Shown here: piece by piece, positions 14,160 through 26,375 of the stretch | How the letters are laid out: each line of letters opens with the position of its first letter | Position numbering within the stretch: the first letter of the stretch is position 1 | Assembly (NCBI GenBank): GCA_002245135.1 | Contig: NGBS01000585.1 | Coordinates: 124,001 to 188,000 of the forward strand | Direction of reading: 5' to 3' | Source: Proteromonas lacertae | Taxonomy: Eukaryota | DNA length: 64,000 bases | Notes under the pieces: model-generated | The model's input: only the letters and a program-made list of their open reading frames with translations | Database searches by the model: none | Told to the model about the DNA's origin: nothing | Position numbers and translations under genes: made by a program

Positions 14160-14720
14160 TACTTTTGTGGAGTTCCAATATCAAAACTAGCATTCTCTGG
14201 TAATGCATCTTGAATATATTTCTCATAATTAGTTGTAGAATATCTACTTTGATCTGGCTGTATTGCATCTTCCATTAATCGAGAATGGGTTAGTTTTGTA
14301 TCATGAATTGCTCCTGGTCTTCGCTGTATTATTGTTTGTTTGCCAATTTCACCTGTAATGATTTTGCTATTTAATAAATAATAATAAATAATAATAATAA
14401 TATATACGTATAAGACATCATAGTTACTCTTACTTTAGTGTTTCTTCCTATAGTAAAACTATCTCCTTCATATAATTCTATTCTATGTCTTAATTTTCCT
14501 TTTCTTATGTATAACTGAGTGAAACAAGTTTCTCCTGTTCCATTTCCATCTTCTGCAAAGTTTCCGTCAACTATTCCATAGACTATAACCACAATAAATG
14601 TTTGAAAATACTCTGCGGAGAGATTGATACAATTTTGGCATGTTTAGGTAAAACTCCATCCTCCTTTACTCTCATCTGACAGGTTTTATCACTTCCTATA
14701 TATCCTTCAGATATAGGCAT
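12023..14720 (-). CDS. Multi-FHA domain protein with a cyclic-nucleotide-binding-like domain
   Basis: FHA-like segments IGSDKTCQMRVKEDGVLPKHAKI, LIGCSNECQVVIKD, YLGRSKNCYINIDD and TIGCKGG..SLRHCKIEY..DLQSKTGTFV. cNMP-like segment LNKHPLFCNLS...LIERGKISGNCYFIQLGTVEL. The 5' end is uncertain, with possible extra exons up to about 14960. Confidence 0.7.
14122..14158. repeat. (TAA)n microsatellite making up most of an intron of the FHA gene
   Basis: Direct reading. It causes the spurious poly-Ile in ORF 14018..14275. Confidence 0.85.
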
Positions 14721-15060
14721 GTAAGAATTTTAAATTAGATTAAAAAAACTATAATTGGTTTTCAAAAAAAATAAATAAAAGGATATATAATCATATCCAT
14801 AAACATACTGAGTAAGACAAATCCTTTCTCTTACATAATATCCTAAATCTTCTAAACCTTTAGCATCAAGAAGAGTATTATCTCCAGAACTTCTACACTC
14901 TTTAATTTTATCTATTGTAATATAATTTATTTTGTCAATACTCCAAATGTTAATCATACGATTAGCTTTAAAACCACAAAAACAAAATACTTTCAACACT
15001 TGTTCATAGAATTTAATCAAAATAGATTTTATTATTTCTTCTTTTTGAAAAATTAAGAAG

Positions 15061-16571
15061 ATGAATACTAGTGAAGTAGATGAAATTGATGCAGCTATAC
15101 AAAATGCTACAAAATTATATCGTAGTTTAGAACAAGGTATTCTGATTTTTTTATATTTATAACAGCTGAATGTTCTACTTCAATAGCACCAATACCTGAA
15201 TTGTCATCCATTGATTTACCTACATTTATTGAGAAAGAGGTCATTCCACCAGCTAAAGATAAAGAAGAGAGTGAATGGCTAGAATCTTTGATTAAAAAGA
15301 CAATGGAAGCTAAAAATTACATGAATTATCCCATATTAAGTGAATTATGTTATTCACTTGATGTACTATTGAGTAATGTATTTGCTTTTGAAATATACAT
15401 TGACAAATTAACCTCATTTGCTCCATCAGGAGAATTTGTACCATATTATCAACTGATGTATTCAATTCCAGGATTAGAAGAATTATCGATAGAATCACAA
15501 CCAAATCTATTAATTCACAAACTATTTGATGGAGATGCAATATTCAATTTTCAAAAAATATACCCATTCTCATTTGACAATGAAATACTAAATGAATGGA
15601 TTGAAAAAGATATAATAATAACAATCTACAAAATACAAAAGAGAAAACAATCAATAAATAATGGTAAAAATAAAAACAATAATAAAAAGTTACCGTTACT
15701 GTTCTATGGTCAAACAATAGTATCACTTCGAAGTATGTTATTTTCATCTGATCTAACAATGAGAGTATAAATAATAATAATTATTATTATTATATTTGTA
15801 TAGCTATCTTTACCAATAATTAGAACAGAAATTCCATCTAAGAAAAGTTCATCTGATTCTATACCTCAAGAAATAACAGTTGGTGTATTAATAGGATATA
15901 TAAAGTTACATGTAAGGAAGCAATCTTTAGTGAAACCACCACCACCATCATTAACACCTGAAGAACAATCACAACAACCTGTAATAACAGCGAAAGACTT
16001 CATTCCACCTACTGATATAAGTGATATAAAATGTAATAATAATAATAATAATAAAATGAGTAATAGTTTTATAAATGATTCATTTAGTTCATTTATAGAA
16101 AATCCGAATATTCCAATGAGTATGAATGATATATATCTCTCAATAACAATCAATGGAATTATACTCTCTTCTATTCCAAATAAATCAATAAGTATAACGT
16201 TTCGAGGTAAATCAATAAATCCAATTCATAAAGAAATCAAAAAGTTTAAAGCTAATCGTTTAATAACTGATTTATCAAAATATTATATTCCAATAAAATG
16301 CAGTTTTAATAAAAATGATTTGAATAATAGAAGTACTTTTTATATAGAAATTTGTTTAGATGATGATATTTTAAATGCTATTAAAATTCCTTTAGATGAA
16401 AATGTATATTTTGAAACTAGTTTAAGTGTGAATGATCTTGATGAAAATGAAATTGGTCAATTAGAAGGAATATTTAGTAGTGGTAATGAAAGAAAAGTAA
16501 AAAATAGAATGAAAGAATATAAAGCTGGTTTGACAATCTTGAGATTCTTACAAATACATAAAAGAAAATAG
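15061..16571 (+). CDS. Hypothetical protein with a C2-like domain (possibly C2CD3-related) and a C-terminal IQ-like motif
   Basis: ATG at 15061 and two short introns join ORFs 15201-15770 and 15930-16571. C2-like pattern FNFQKIYPF..W...ITIYK...YGQTIVSLRSML; C-terminal AGLTILRFLQ. The family assignment is weak. Confidence 0.5.
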
Positions 16572-16738
16572 TGTAATGTAATTTAACAATATTTGTTAAT
16601 TGATTCTGTTTATAATCCAAAATGTTTTGGATGTAAATAAAATAATAATACCACTCTATACCTTACATTAAGTTTCATTTTGAAGATATATTGAAACGAA
16701 TATATTTTTAAAACACTTACTTCTTTTTTTTGTTTGCG

Positions 16739-19391
16739 ATGCTTCCAAGTATAATTTCAATATTTTCCGCCATTATAGCTCCTTCTGAACAATATAAAAT
16801 TGTCAATGAGTTTTTAGATGAGTATAAATCACGAGGTGTTGTAGTTGGCGATAAGTGGTATTTATTAGATAATAAGTGGTATGAAAATTGGAAAAACTAT
16901 GCGAAAGTATAAAATAGTATTTATTAGATAAATAGTGCAATACAAAGGTTTGTCCTTTTGAAATTGATAATGGAAGTCTATTGGAACGATGGGATGATGA
17001 TGAAGAAATCACAGATAATGTATAATTAGATATTTAAATGAAATAGAGCTCTATAATAAAATTGCATTTGATCGAGAATTTAGACTATATCCTTGTACCT
17101 GAAGAAGTATGGTTATGTTTAGAAGATTGGTATCATGGTGGTCCATGTATAGAAGTGAAATGTGAAAAAATGAAGAATAAAGTAAAAATAAATCTCTATA
17201 ATGAAAATGATAATATATTCAAAAAATCAAACAACAATAATAATAATGACATTAATAAAAGATGTAGAGTATGCAATTCAAAGAGTAGATTTGTCTGTAG
17301 TGAATGTTTAAATACATATTATTGTTGTAAAAGTTGTCAAATCAGTGATTATGGAGTTCATAAACAATATTGTGAGTATATAATTATTATATAATTATAT
17401 TTAGTCGTAATAATAATAATAATAATAATAATCTTTATCGAGGTTTAGTTGGTATTAGTAATATAGGTAATACATGTTTTATGGCATCTTCATTACAATG
17501 TTTATCAAATATTTATTCATTAACACTTTACTTTTTAAGAAGACAATATATGAATCATATAAATACAAAAGTATTGGATATATATATATATATTGTTATT
17601 ATTATTTGTATATATAGAATCCATTAGGTACAGGTGGAATCATTGCTAACTCTTATGCATTCTTATTAAAAGATTTGTGGTTAGAAAACTATCCATATAC
17701 TAGTCCAGTATATATATTTATATAATTAATTGTTATATAATAGTCACGAATGAAGAAAGCTATTTCTCGTTTTAATAATCAATTCTCAGGATGGTCTCAA
17801 AACGATTCACATGAATTTTTATTATTCTTATTGGATATGCTACACGAAGATTTGAATTTGATAGAAAATAAACCTTATTATGAAAGTGATGATGATATTG
17901 AAAAAGAAAAAGTATTTTTCTTTTTCTTGTTATATATATAATAGGATGAAGAAATAAAGAGTAATTTATATTGGGAAAGATTTCTAAGTAGGAACAACTC
18001 TATTATTACTTACTATTTTACTGGACAATTTGTTAGCAATATTGAGTGTTTAGAATGTCATTATAAAGTGAATAACTATAGTAGTTTCAACTCAATTTCT
18101 TTACCATTTCCATCTACTAGTATGTTTAGTTTAATTGTATATATATATATATTCATCAGTATTTATTTATTAGTGTTTAATCATAAGAAACAACCTTTCA
18201 TCATCATTTCCTGCTAATTCTGAGAAGTATTATCAAGTCACATTGAAATTGTCTTACCATTCTCAGATTATTGATATAAAGGTATTGAATATATATATAT
18301 ATATATATTAGAAAGATGTAGCTTCAATATACTCATTACCAATTGAATGTCAAGAGATTATCGCAATTAATAATAACAACGCTATTGTTGATATTTGTGG
18401 AAATGATAAATTCATTTTTGATTATTATGATTACACAGAACCAATCAATTTCTTGATTTATGAAAAAGAAAAATTGTCAACAGAAGTAAAAAGTGACACA
18501 ATTATCATTCAACAAATGCATGCAGATGATGGTATTCATTATGTAAATATTCCATTTATATTAAATATAAAGAGTAATAAAATTACACTCAAAGAATTAT
18601 ATCATATCATCTATGAGCTAGTAGTTTATGAACAAATAAAAGAAGTTGATGATGATGTTAATAATAATAACAAATATTCAATAGATGAGAAAGAATGGTA
18701 TAAGAATATATCAATTCATTATTACAACAAAGAACTGAACGATTGGGAAAAAGATAGAATTCCAATAGATGAGAGTATTACATTAGAAACATACTGTAAA
18801 AATAATGGAATTAAAGATAAAATAATCAGAGAATTGTGTATTAATTATAGTAATACTCCATCCTATCTATTTGATGCAATTGAGTTGTTATCTTCAATGA
18901 AGATATCTTTATGTGAAAGTGATATGATTGGAACTAATATTTATGATTGTTTAGATTCATTCTCATGTTGTGAAATATTAGATGAAGAGAATAAATGGAG
19001 TTGTCCAAAATGTAAAGTTAAAAGAAGAATTCAACAAAACTGTTTCATTCAAAAATTCCCAAAGATTTTGATATTACATTTGAAAAGATTTTCATTCATT
19101 AATCGTAATTATGTAAATAAGATTAATAATTTTGTTGATTTTCCATTGAAAAATTTAGATTTAAGAAAGTATGGAAATAGAAATAGTGATGTTAATGAGA
19201 AGCATAGTTATGATTTGATAAGTGTTGTGAATCATTATGGAGAACCATCCTATGGACATTATGTAGCCTATTGTAAGCATGGTACGAATGGCAAATGGTT
19301 TGAATATGACGATAGCAGAGTGAATGAGATTGATGAAGAAAATGTTGTTACTGAAGGTGCTTATATATTGTTTTATAAATGTAATGAATAG
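16739..19391 (+). CDS. Ubiquitin-specific protease (C19) with DUSP and MYND zinc finger
   Basis: DUSP ([31 protein letters not shown]), MYND (CRVC..CSEC..YCCKSCQ..H..YC), Cys box [25 protein letters not shown], and His box [16 protein letters not shown]. Multiple short introns. Confidence 0.9.
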
Positions 19392-19535
19392 ATTTCTCTT
19401 ATTATAAAAATATTATTACTTTTATACTTTTGTTATTTGCTATTTTTATTACTAAAAATAACTATTTACAAATCTATACAATCCATTAAAAAACAATTTA
19501 TAATAATAATAATATTTATTATATCAACAATTCAA

Positions 19536-22500
19536 TTATACTCTAACTCCTTCTTTATTGTGTTTTTCAGAAACAGATATTCTCCTACAAATTGATTCAT
19601 GTCTTGCTGTTTTTTTGAATATTCCAGTTCTTAATAAACAAAATAAAATCACTAATATCACGATTAATCCACCTGCTACTGATCCAATTGCTATTCCAAC
19701 TATTGCTCCACTATTTACATTACATTCACTTTCATCAATTACACTCCAAACACCTTCATTATTATCAATCATTAAACATTTTCTTCTCTTCATTCCACTT
19801 TTTGCTCCTCCACATTCTATCAACACTTCTTTTCCTCCTTTCTCAGCTGGAGTTCTTGGAAATCCAGAATCAGATTCACAAAATACTGCATCAAATCCTA
19901 TTTCCACTTCTACAGTCTCAATCTCTGTTGATGGAGGATTTCGAATTGTAAAGGTATATTTCGTTTTTTCAACATATTCTAATGGTGATCCATATATTTC
20001 TCCAGATTTTGAATCTAATGATATGCCTTTAGGCAATTCTGGATTTACTGCAATTTCAAGATTTGTTCCAACTGCAACAAATAAATATTCTGATTTTATT
20101 ACTTCTCCAAATTTAAATGTTTTATTTGATACTTTACTGGATGGAACTATCACTGGAATATCAGGAATTGAACATGATAATATAAATGAAAATGAAACTT
20201 GTTTTCCACTTCCACTTATTAAGATTGTGGTATTTACTGCATCAAAACTATTAGATATATAACCACTTATTCTTCCTTTCGAGGAATCAAATTTCAAAGT
20301 TGAGAATGGAAGATTGGGTATGATTGAATAAACTAAATTCTTTCCAGTTATTCTTCCTAATTCTAATCCATCATATTCTTTTCCACCTTCGATTGCTATA
20401 TTATCTACATGTCTAATTATTACTGGTTCTACAGATTCTTCAACATTTATTGTGATTGGATTGGATATTTCACCAGCATCATTATGACATTTGAATGTAT
20501 ATGATTTATTACTTGGTGGTTCTACATTTACTTTTCCACTTATTATTCCACTATTTTCATCAAATTTTAATCCTTCAGGTAATGCTGGTTCAATTGAATA
20601 TAATATAGTTTTTGCAACACATTCATATGGTTGAATATCATTATAACTCACTCCAAATATCATTATCACTTCTTTTTCATATTTTATATTATTCGGTTTG
20701 ATTGGTAATGTCACATTCATTTCAATTGTTATATCAATATAATCAACTTCATTTGAAGCTGTGAATTTACTTCTCATAGAATTCTCTTCAATCACCATTC
20801 CAGAAATTAAACCACTTCTTTTGTCTAAACTCAATCCATTTGGTATTTCATCTACACTATATTCAATATTTTCACCTATCACATAAAATAATTTCAATTC
20901 TTTATATTCTTTACCAGCTTCTAATATCACTGATTCATTACTCCAGATTTTTATTGGATTTTTAGAAGGTAAAACAGTTATGGATATTTCAATTGTTATA
21001 CCTTCATCACTTCCTGAATAAGCATTATTAGCTTTGAAATAAACTGGTTTTGATGATTCTTCAATATATGCTTGACCAGATATTAAACCAGTTTTATTAT
21101 CTATTCTTAAGCCACTTATTTCAGGATTCATTGAATAAAATACATCTTTTCCTGAAACTGTGAATAATCTCACATTTTCATAAAAATCACCTGCTTTGAA
21201 TCTATAAGATGTTTCTTTACTAATTAAAGATGGACTTTCATCACATGTATTTTCGATTTCATTCCACCATTTATCATTATTACAGTATAATGTTCGATTT
21301 CCTGTTATACCTGATGTTTTACATCCAATAGTTATTTCTGTTCCAGTTACAGTTTCTGGTATATCTTCTATTGCTTCACAATATCTTATTGGACATAAAT
21401 GGAAATTTATATCATATAAACTAATTGTGTCACTATTTGATGCTGTTATATTGAATCTAATTGCTGAATACATAATAGTTGTACTGTAATTATTAAACAC
21501 TCTCTTTCTTTCAGGATAAGTAATATCTTTAAAAGAGCCAATTAAAATCCATTTTGAATTGTAATATCCTTCCACTGAAAAATCTTTTGGACCACCATTT
21601 CTAGAATATACATAAATACTAAATTGATTGAAATATGTATGAAAATGATCTTTATATCTCATTATTGCCCAACCAGGGATTGTGTCAGTATACCATTCTG
21701 AATTAGGGTTTTCATCAAATCCATAAGCAACAGGATACATTGCTGATACGGTATTTGTTTCAGTTACTCTTTTAGCATATTTATTAAGAATTAAACAATC
21801 TTCTTTACTTCCAATTATTCTTAATAAAGATGAACTTATTTCAGGGAAATTTTCTTCACCATTGAATTTGTGTAATTCAATCGAAATTTCAACTGGATTT
21901 TCTTCTAACCAAGGAATTGGAAGAATAAACACTTCATCAGTTAAACCATCATATCGATTATTTGCCATTGTATCTGGAGATATTTCACCATTTGGTAAAT
22001 TATTTCGAAAGATTTCTTTTCCATTCACTTTTATTAATATTCCACTTATATAACTCACTTTTAAAAGCAAATCCATTATATTTATCTTCATAATCAAATA
22101 CATCTATCTTTCGAATATAAATCACATTTCCAGATACTTTGTTTAATTCAGATAATTTGGATTTTGACCATGTTAAATGTTCAGCATTTGGATTATCCCA
22201 ACCATTTTCATATTCAATTGAATTTTCCCATTCTGTATTATAATCATAATCCAATGTTGAATGGAAATGTCTTTTCTCTCATATCTTGTTCACTGACTAA
22301 TGTTGTTCTATCAACTGGAATTCCATATACTAATACATCTATAAAACCATCACCATAGCCCAAATATGATAAACTTCCTCTATAGACAGCAGTATATTCA
22401 TGATTTGATAAACAATATTCATATTCATAGATATTATTTCTTTCCCATCCTTCTTCTGATCCTTCTAAATCAATTATTGAAGTTTTATTCTGATTATCCA

Positions 22501-25500
22501 TTTCAGATGTTTTATAAAGAGATATTCCCCAATCTTCTGGATATGTATTTGAACTTCCATTCACATAAATAGAAATTAATGTTTTTGATTGTTTTAAACA
22601 TATTTCATTTATTGATTCATCATAAAATGTTAAATTTAAATACCTTGTTGTTATGCCATTCACATTTGATCCTGTTATTGTATATAATTGTTTTGGTGAT
22701 TCTTTTGTTACTACACCAGTTATTTCACAACTCTTTTCATCAAAGTGTAAAAATGAAGGTAATTCTGGTGATATTTCACAATTTTCAACCATTTTTACTT
22801 TAGGTACAATTCTAACTACTTCATTTAAATAGTATTCTTCTTTACAACTTTTAGGTAAATCTATTATTGGAGATTTTACAATTGTATTTATATCAATCGT
22901 ATTTGCGCTGTAGTGTTTTGCTTCAATTCTATCAGCAAGTTTTCCATCAGTGTAAAATTCAAACAGAAATGTTCCATCTCCTCTTTGAAAATCATTAAAA
23001 TAAAATTTATAATCTCCAGGAATTAGACATAAAACTGGGAAATATAATGGAAGTGATCCTGCTGGAATTGTATAATCTCGAATTGTTTTTTCATTTTGAT
23101 ATTGAAATTCACATATTATCTTCTCTCTCGGATCAATTGTATCTACTACTTTCACAAAATGAGATTTATATTCACCAGAACATCCACTTATTACATTTGT
23201 TATAATTTTTCGACTTACATATTCACTATTTGAATAATAAGCTCGAATTTCTAATTCATAATTATTTAAATATTCGGTTGCTACTATTTTTACACTTCCA
23301 GTATATTTATTATATGTAAAACCACCTGGAATAACTGGTAATTCATAAAAAATAACAGATCCACTTTCAATACTTATCAATAAATGACTTTCATTTCCAA
23401 TAAACAGATTCAATTCTTCTACTATTATTCCTTCATTATCTAAATCTTTTATATGTAATCCTTGAGGTTTTACATCTCCTATCACTTTTATAGATATGGC
23501 TGTGTTTACTGTTGAACCATCAGATAATTTACCATTTATCATATAAGATTTCACATCTTGAACTGTTGTAGCTGTTCCTCGAATTGTGCAACCTGATAAC
23601 TCTAAACCAGGAGGTAAACTTGGCATTGATTCACACTCACTTATTATTTCATCTCCTTCGATAAATGGAATATTGTCAGATATTCGATTATTCACTATAT
23701 ATACTGCATAACTAACTCGATATTCAAAATCTCCTCTTGGAACAAAATATAAAACATCTTTCAATTCTTTAAACTCGGAATCTAACTCATTCTTATAAGA
23801 TAATTTTATTCCACTTCCTCCTACATTCTTCATGTAATTCACTCTTATGAAGTGATATCCTTCACTCAAATATTTTGTTCCTGTTTTGCAACTCCAATCA
23901 TGAATTCCATTGTGATTGATTATCTCAATAAAATCAATAAATAACCAAGATCCTTGAACAGATGTTAAATTGAATGTATAATTTCCTGACGTTTCTATCT
24001 TTATATAACCTTCCCAATTTACTCCAAATTCACTGGCAAAATTGGGAGTTAAACCATCCCAAATTGATTGGATTGGATTATATTCTTCATTTATTTCATC
24101 TTCTAATCGAATTATTTCAGTTGTTACACCTTCACTTGAAGGAGTATAAGGATTTAAACAACTTGTGTCAAATTCATCAGATTTTAGATAATAAGCAACT
24201 ATTCCTTTTATATATTTATCAATTATATCAATATGGATTTTCACTTCATTTGTTGTGGATGTTTCTGTTGAACATTCCACTCTTAATTCTAGATTTATCA
24301 CTTCATTTATTTGTCCTTTCAATATATGGTTTGTAACATCAACTACTATTCGATCATCTCCTGTTTTACATTCACTTGCTACTCCTCTTTCGATCTTAAA
24401 TGGAATTTCAAAATAAGAATTCATTGGCATTGTAAAATATTCACTATCAAATGTTAAATGTGATACAACATTATATTCTACTAATGATTGATAGAACTGA
24501 ACTGGCTCTTCTATTTCTTTACCAGGTGGTGTCCATTTCATCAAAAATTTATATGTAGAACTATTGTTCATTTCATTACATTGAGTAGTAGAAGTTGATG
24601 TAATACACATTTCCTGTTTAAAAGAATAATGACCAACTATTCCGATTTTATGATATCCTGATGTTAATTGAGTTGAAACATATTTATCTGATTCTTTCCA
24701 CACACTACATTCAGTGGATGTGTAATATTTTATGAATTTTCTAACACCATGTTCATAAATTTGGCTGTATTTATTATTATCAATGTAAGAGTCAAATCTA
24801 GTAAAATCAGAATTTAGATGAAAAGAGTATTTACCACTCTTTGGAGCATATAATGCTCCTTCCATTGTATAATTCCAATAGAATACATTATGACTTGATA
24901 AAAATCCATCTAATTTATTATCCCATACTGAATAAGCATCTTCTCCATCTAATCCATCTAAATTGTCTATTGTTGTTTCTTTACTGTTATATATTGTAAG
25001 AATGTCATTTACACTACCACACATAAAACTATTTACATGATCTACTTTTATATTCAATCCAGATCTTATTACTTCATCAGCTTTTGTGATAACTATTGTG
25101 GTTGAAACACTACCAGCTGGATTTTCACCATTTATTGTTATTCTATTATTATTATTAAATATCATTTATATATACGTTATTGGATTTTCAGGAGGTAATA
25201 ATTCATCTATTTCTAATATTCCATCATCAGAGATTGATATTGGATAAGAACCAGATGGATTAAAACTAATTGACCAACTTTTCACTTTCTTGTCACTTTT
25301 ACAGGGAAATGAATCTGTTTGTTTTGCTCCAATTGCTAATTTAACTATTCCACATGTCATACTATTGGGTTTATCCCAAACTATACAAGTAATTTGAAAT
25401 TTATACCTTTCATTTCGATATTAGCTTTCATTACTACATTATCTGGTGTCGTTAATGTAATTGTATAAGTAGATTGATATTCTTCAAGCGGAATACCACT

Positions 25501-25739
25501 AATTTCGCCTGATGTTGGATGAAACTCGAGGCCTTTACCCAATGATGGGGTGATTGAGAATATTGCTCCTTTAATTGCAAAATTTGGATGATTGGGAGTA
25601 ATTTCATTTCCAACTACATAATCTGGTTTAGGATTATTATAACTGAAAGACTGTTCAGCATTTGAATATGCTAAACATAAGCCTAATTACATAAATTATC
25701 AATATATATACAAATAACACAAAGCAAAGCGTTTATCAT
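19536..25739 (-). CDS. Large type-I membrane surface protein with putative-Ig (He_PIG-like) repeats, two PA14-like domains and a discoidin-like domain; contains two apparent frameshifts
   Basis: Signal peptide MINALLCVICLCLA with introns near 25683-25711, 25381-25406 and 25143-25175. Repeated LP.GL.(F/L)D..(S/T)G.ISG motifs; PA14-like FGVNWEGYIKIETSGNYTF...GYHFIRVNY; C-terminal TM GAIVGIAIGSVAGGLIVILVILF. Frame breaks at about 22246 and 22063. Confidence 0.8.
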
Positions 25740-26241
25740 GAGTGTTTATTAATTGTTTAGAGAAAACTACTTTGAAACGATATTTTACAAAAACAAAAAA
25801 CACATCCTCATTATCAAATTGTAAAGTACATATCACATAATAATAATAGAGACACTAAATATATGGTTCCTGTTGTTATTTGACTAAATATTCAAAAGCT
25901 CTTGCAATTAACACATCTTCTATGTACATACTCAAAATATTATCGATATAATTATTTTCACATATTATATTGAGATATATCTAATCTGAAATATCAGAAC
26001 CGGCTGTAATAAAGATTAACACCAATATTATTTGTAACACTCGTACATCATTCTATGATAATAATCAGCGTCACCTTTTTGTTTCAATTGTTATTGAATA
26101 TATATAATCACTTCATCAGCCATCAGTTATAAATCTATTATTAATAACAGATCAAAACGAAGTCATTACCATAATTACATCTAGAAAATTCTTATATCCT
26201 AAACTATGAAGAATAGAATAAGAAAAACCATTCTAAATATC

Positions 26242-26267
26242 TGGTTTATCAAAATTTTGATAAACCA
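26242..26267. repeat. Perfect 26-bp palindrome TGGTTTATCAAAATTTTGATAAACCA
   Basis: The sequence equals its own reverse complement. It lies in the intergenic region between the RTEL1 3' end and the surface-protein 5' end. Confidence 0.9.
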
Positions 26268-26375
26268 TACATAATTAATATTTGTTTAAAGCGTATTTAT
26301 ATTTGATTTTAACAATATTAATTATTAGAAGTGAAAAGTATGAGGAAAACATATAAATAATTAAATTATTTCTAC

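Noticed and set aside
14730..15020. Upstream minus-strand ORF as a definite first exon of the FHA gene
   Set aside because: The obvious splice to the next exon meets an in-frame TAA just before ATG 14720, and I could not build a clean model.
19558..20262. 234-aa plus-strand ORF overlapping the surface protein
   Set aside because: It is an antisense shadow caused by codon bias on the coding strand.
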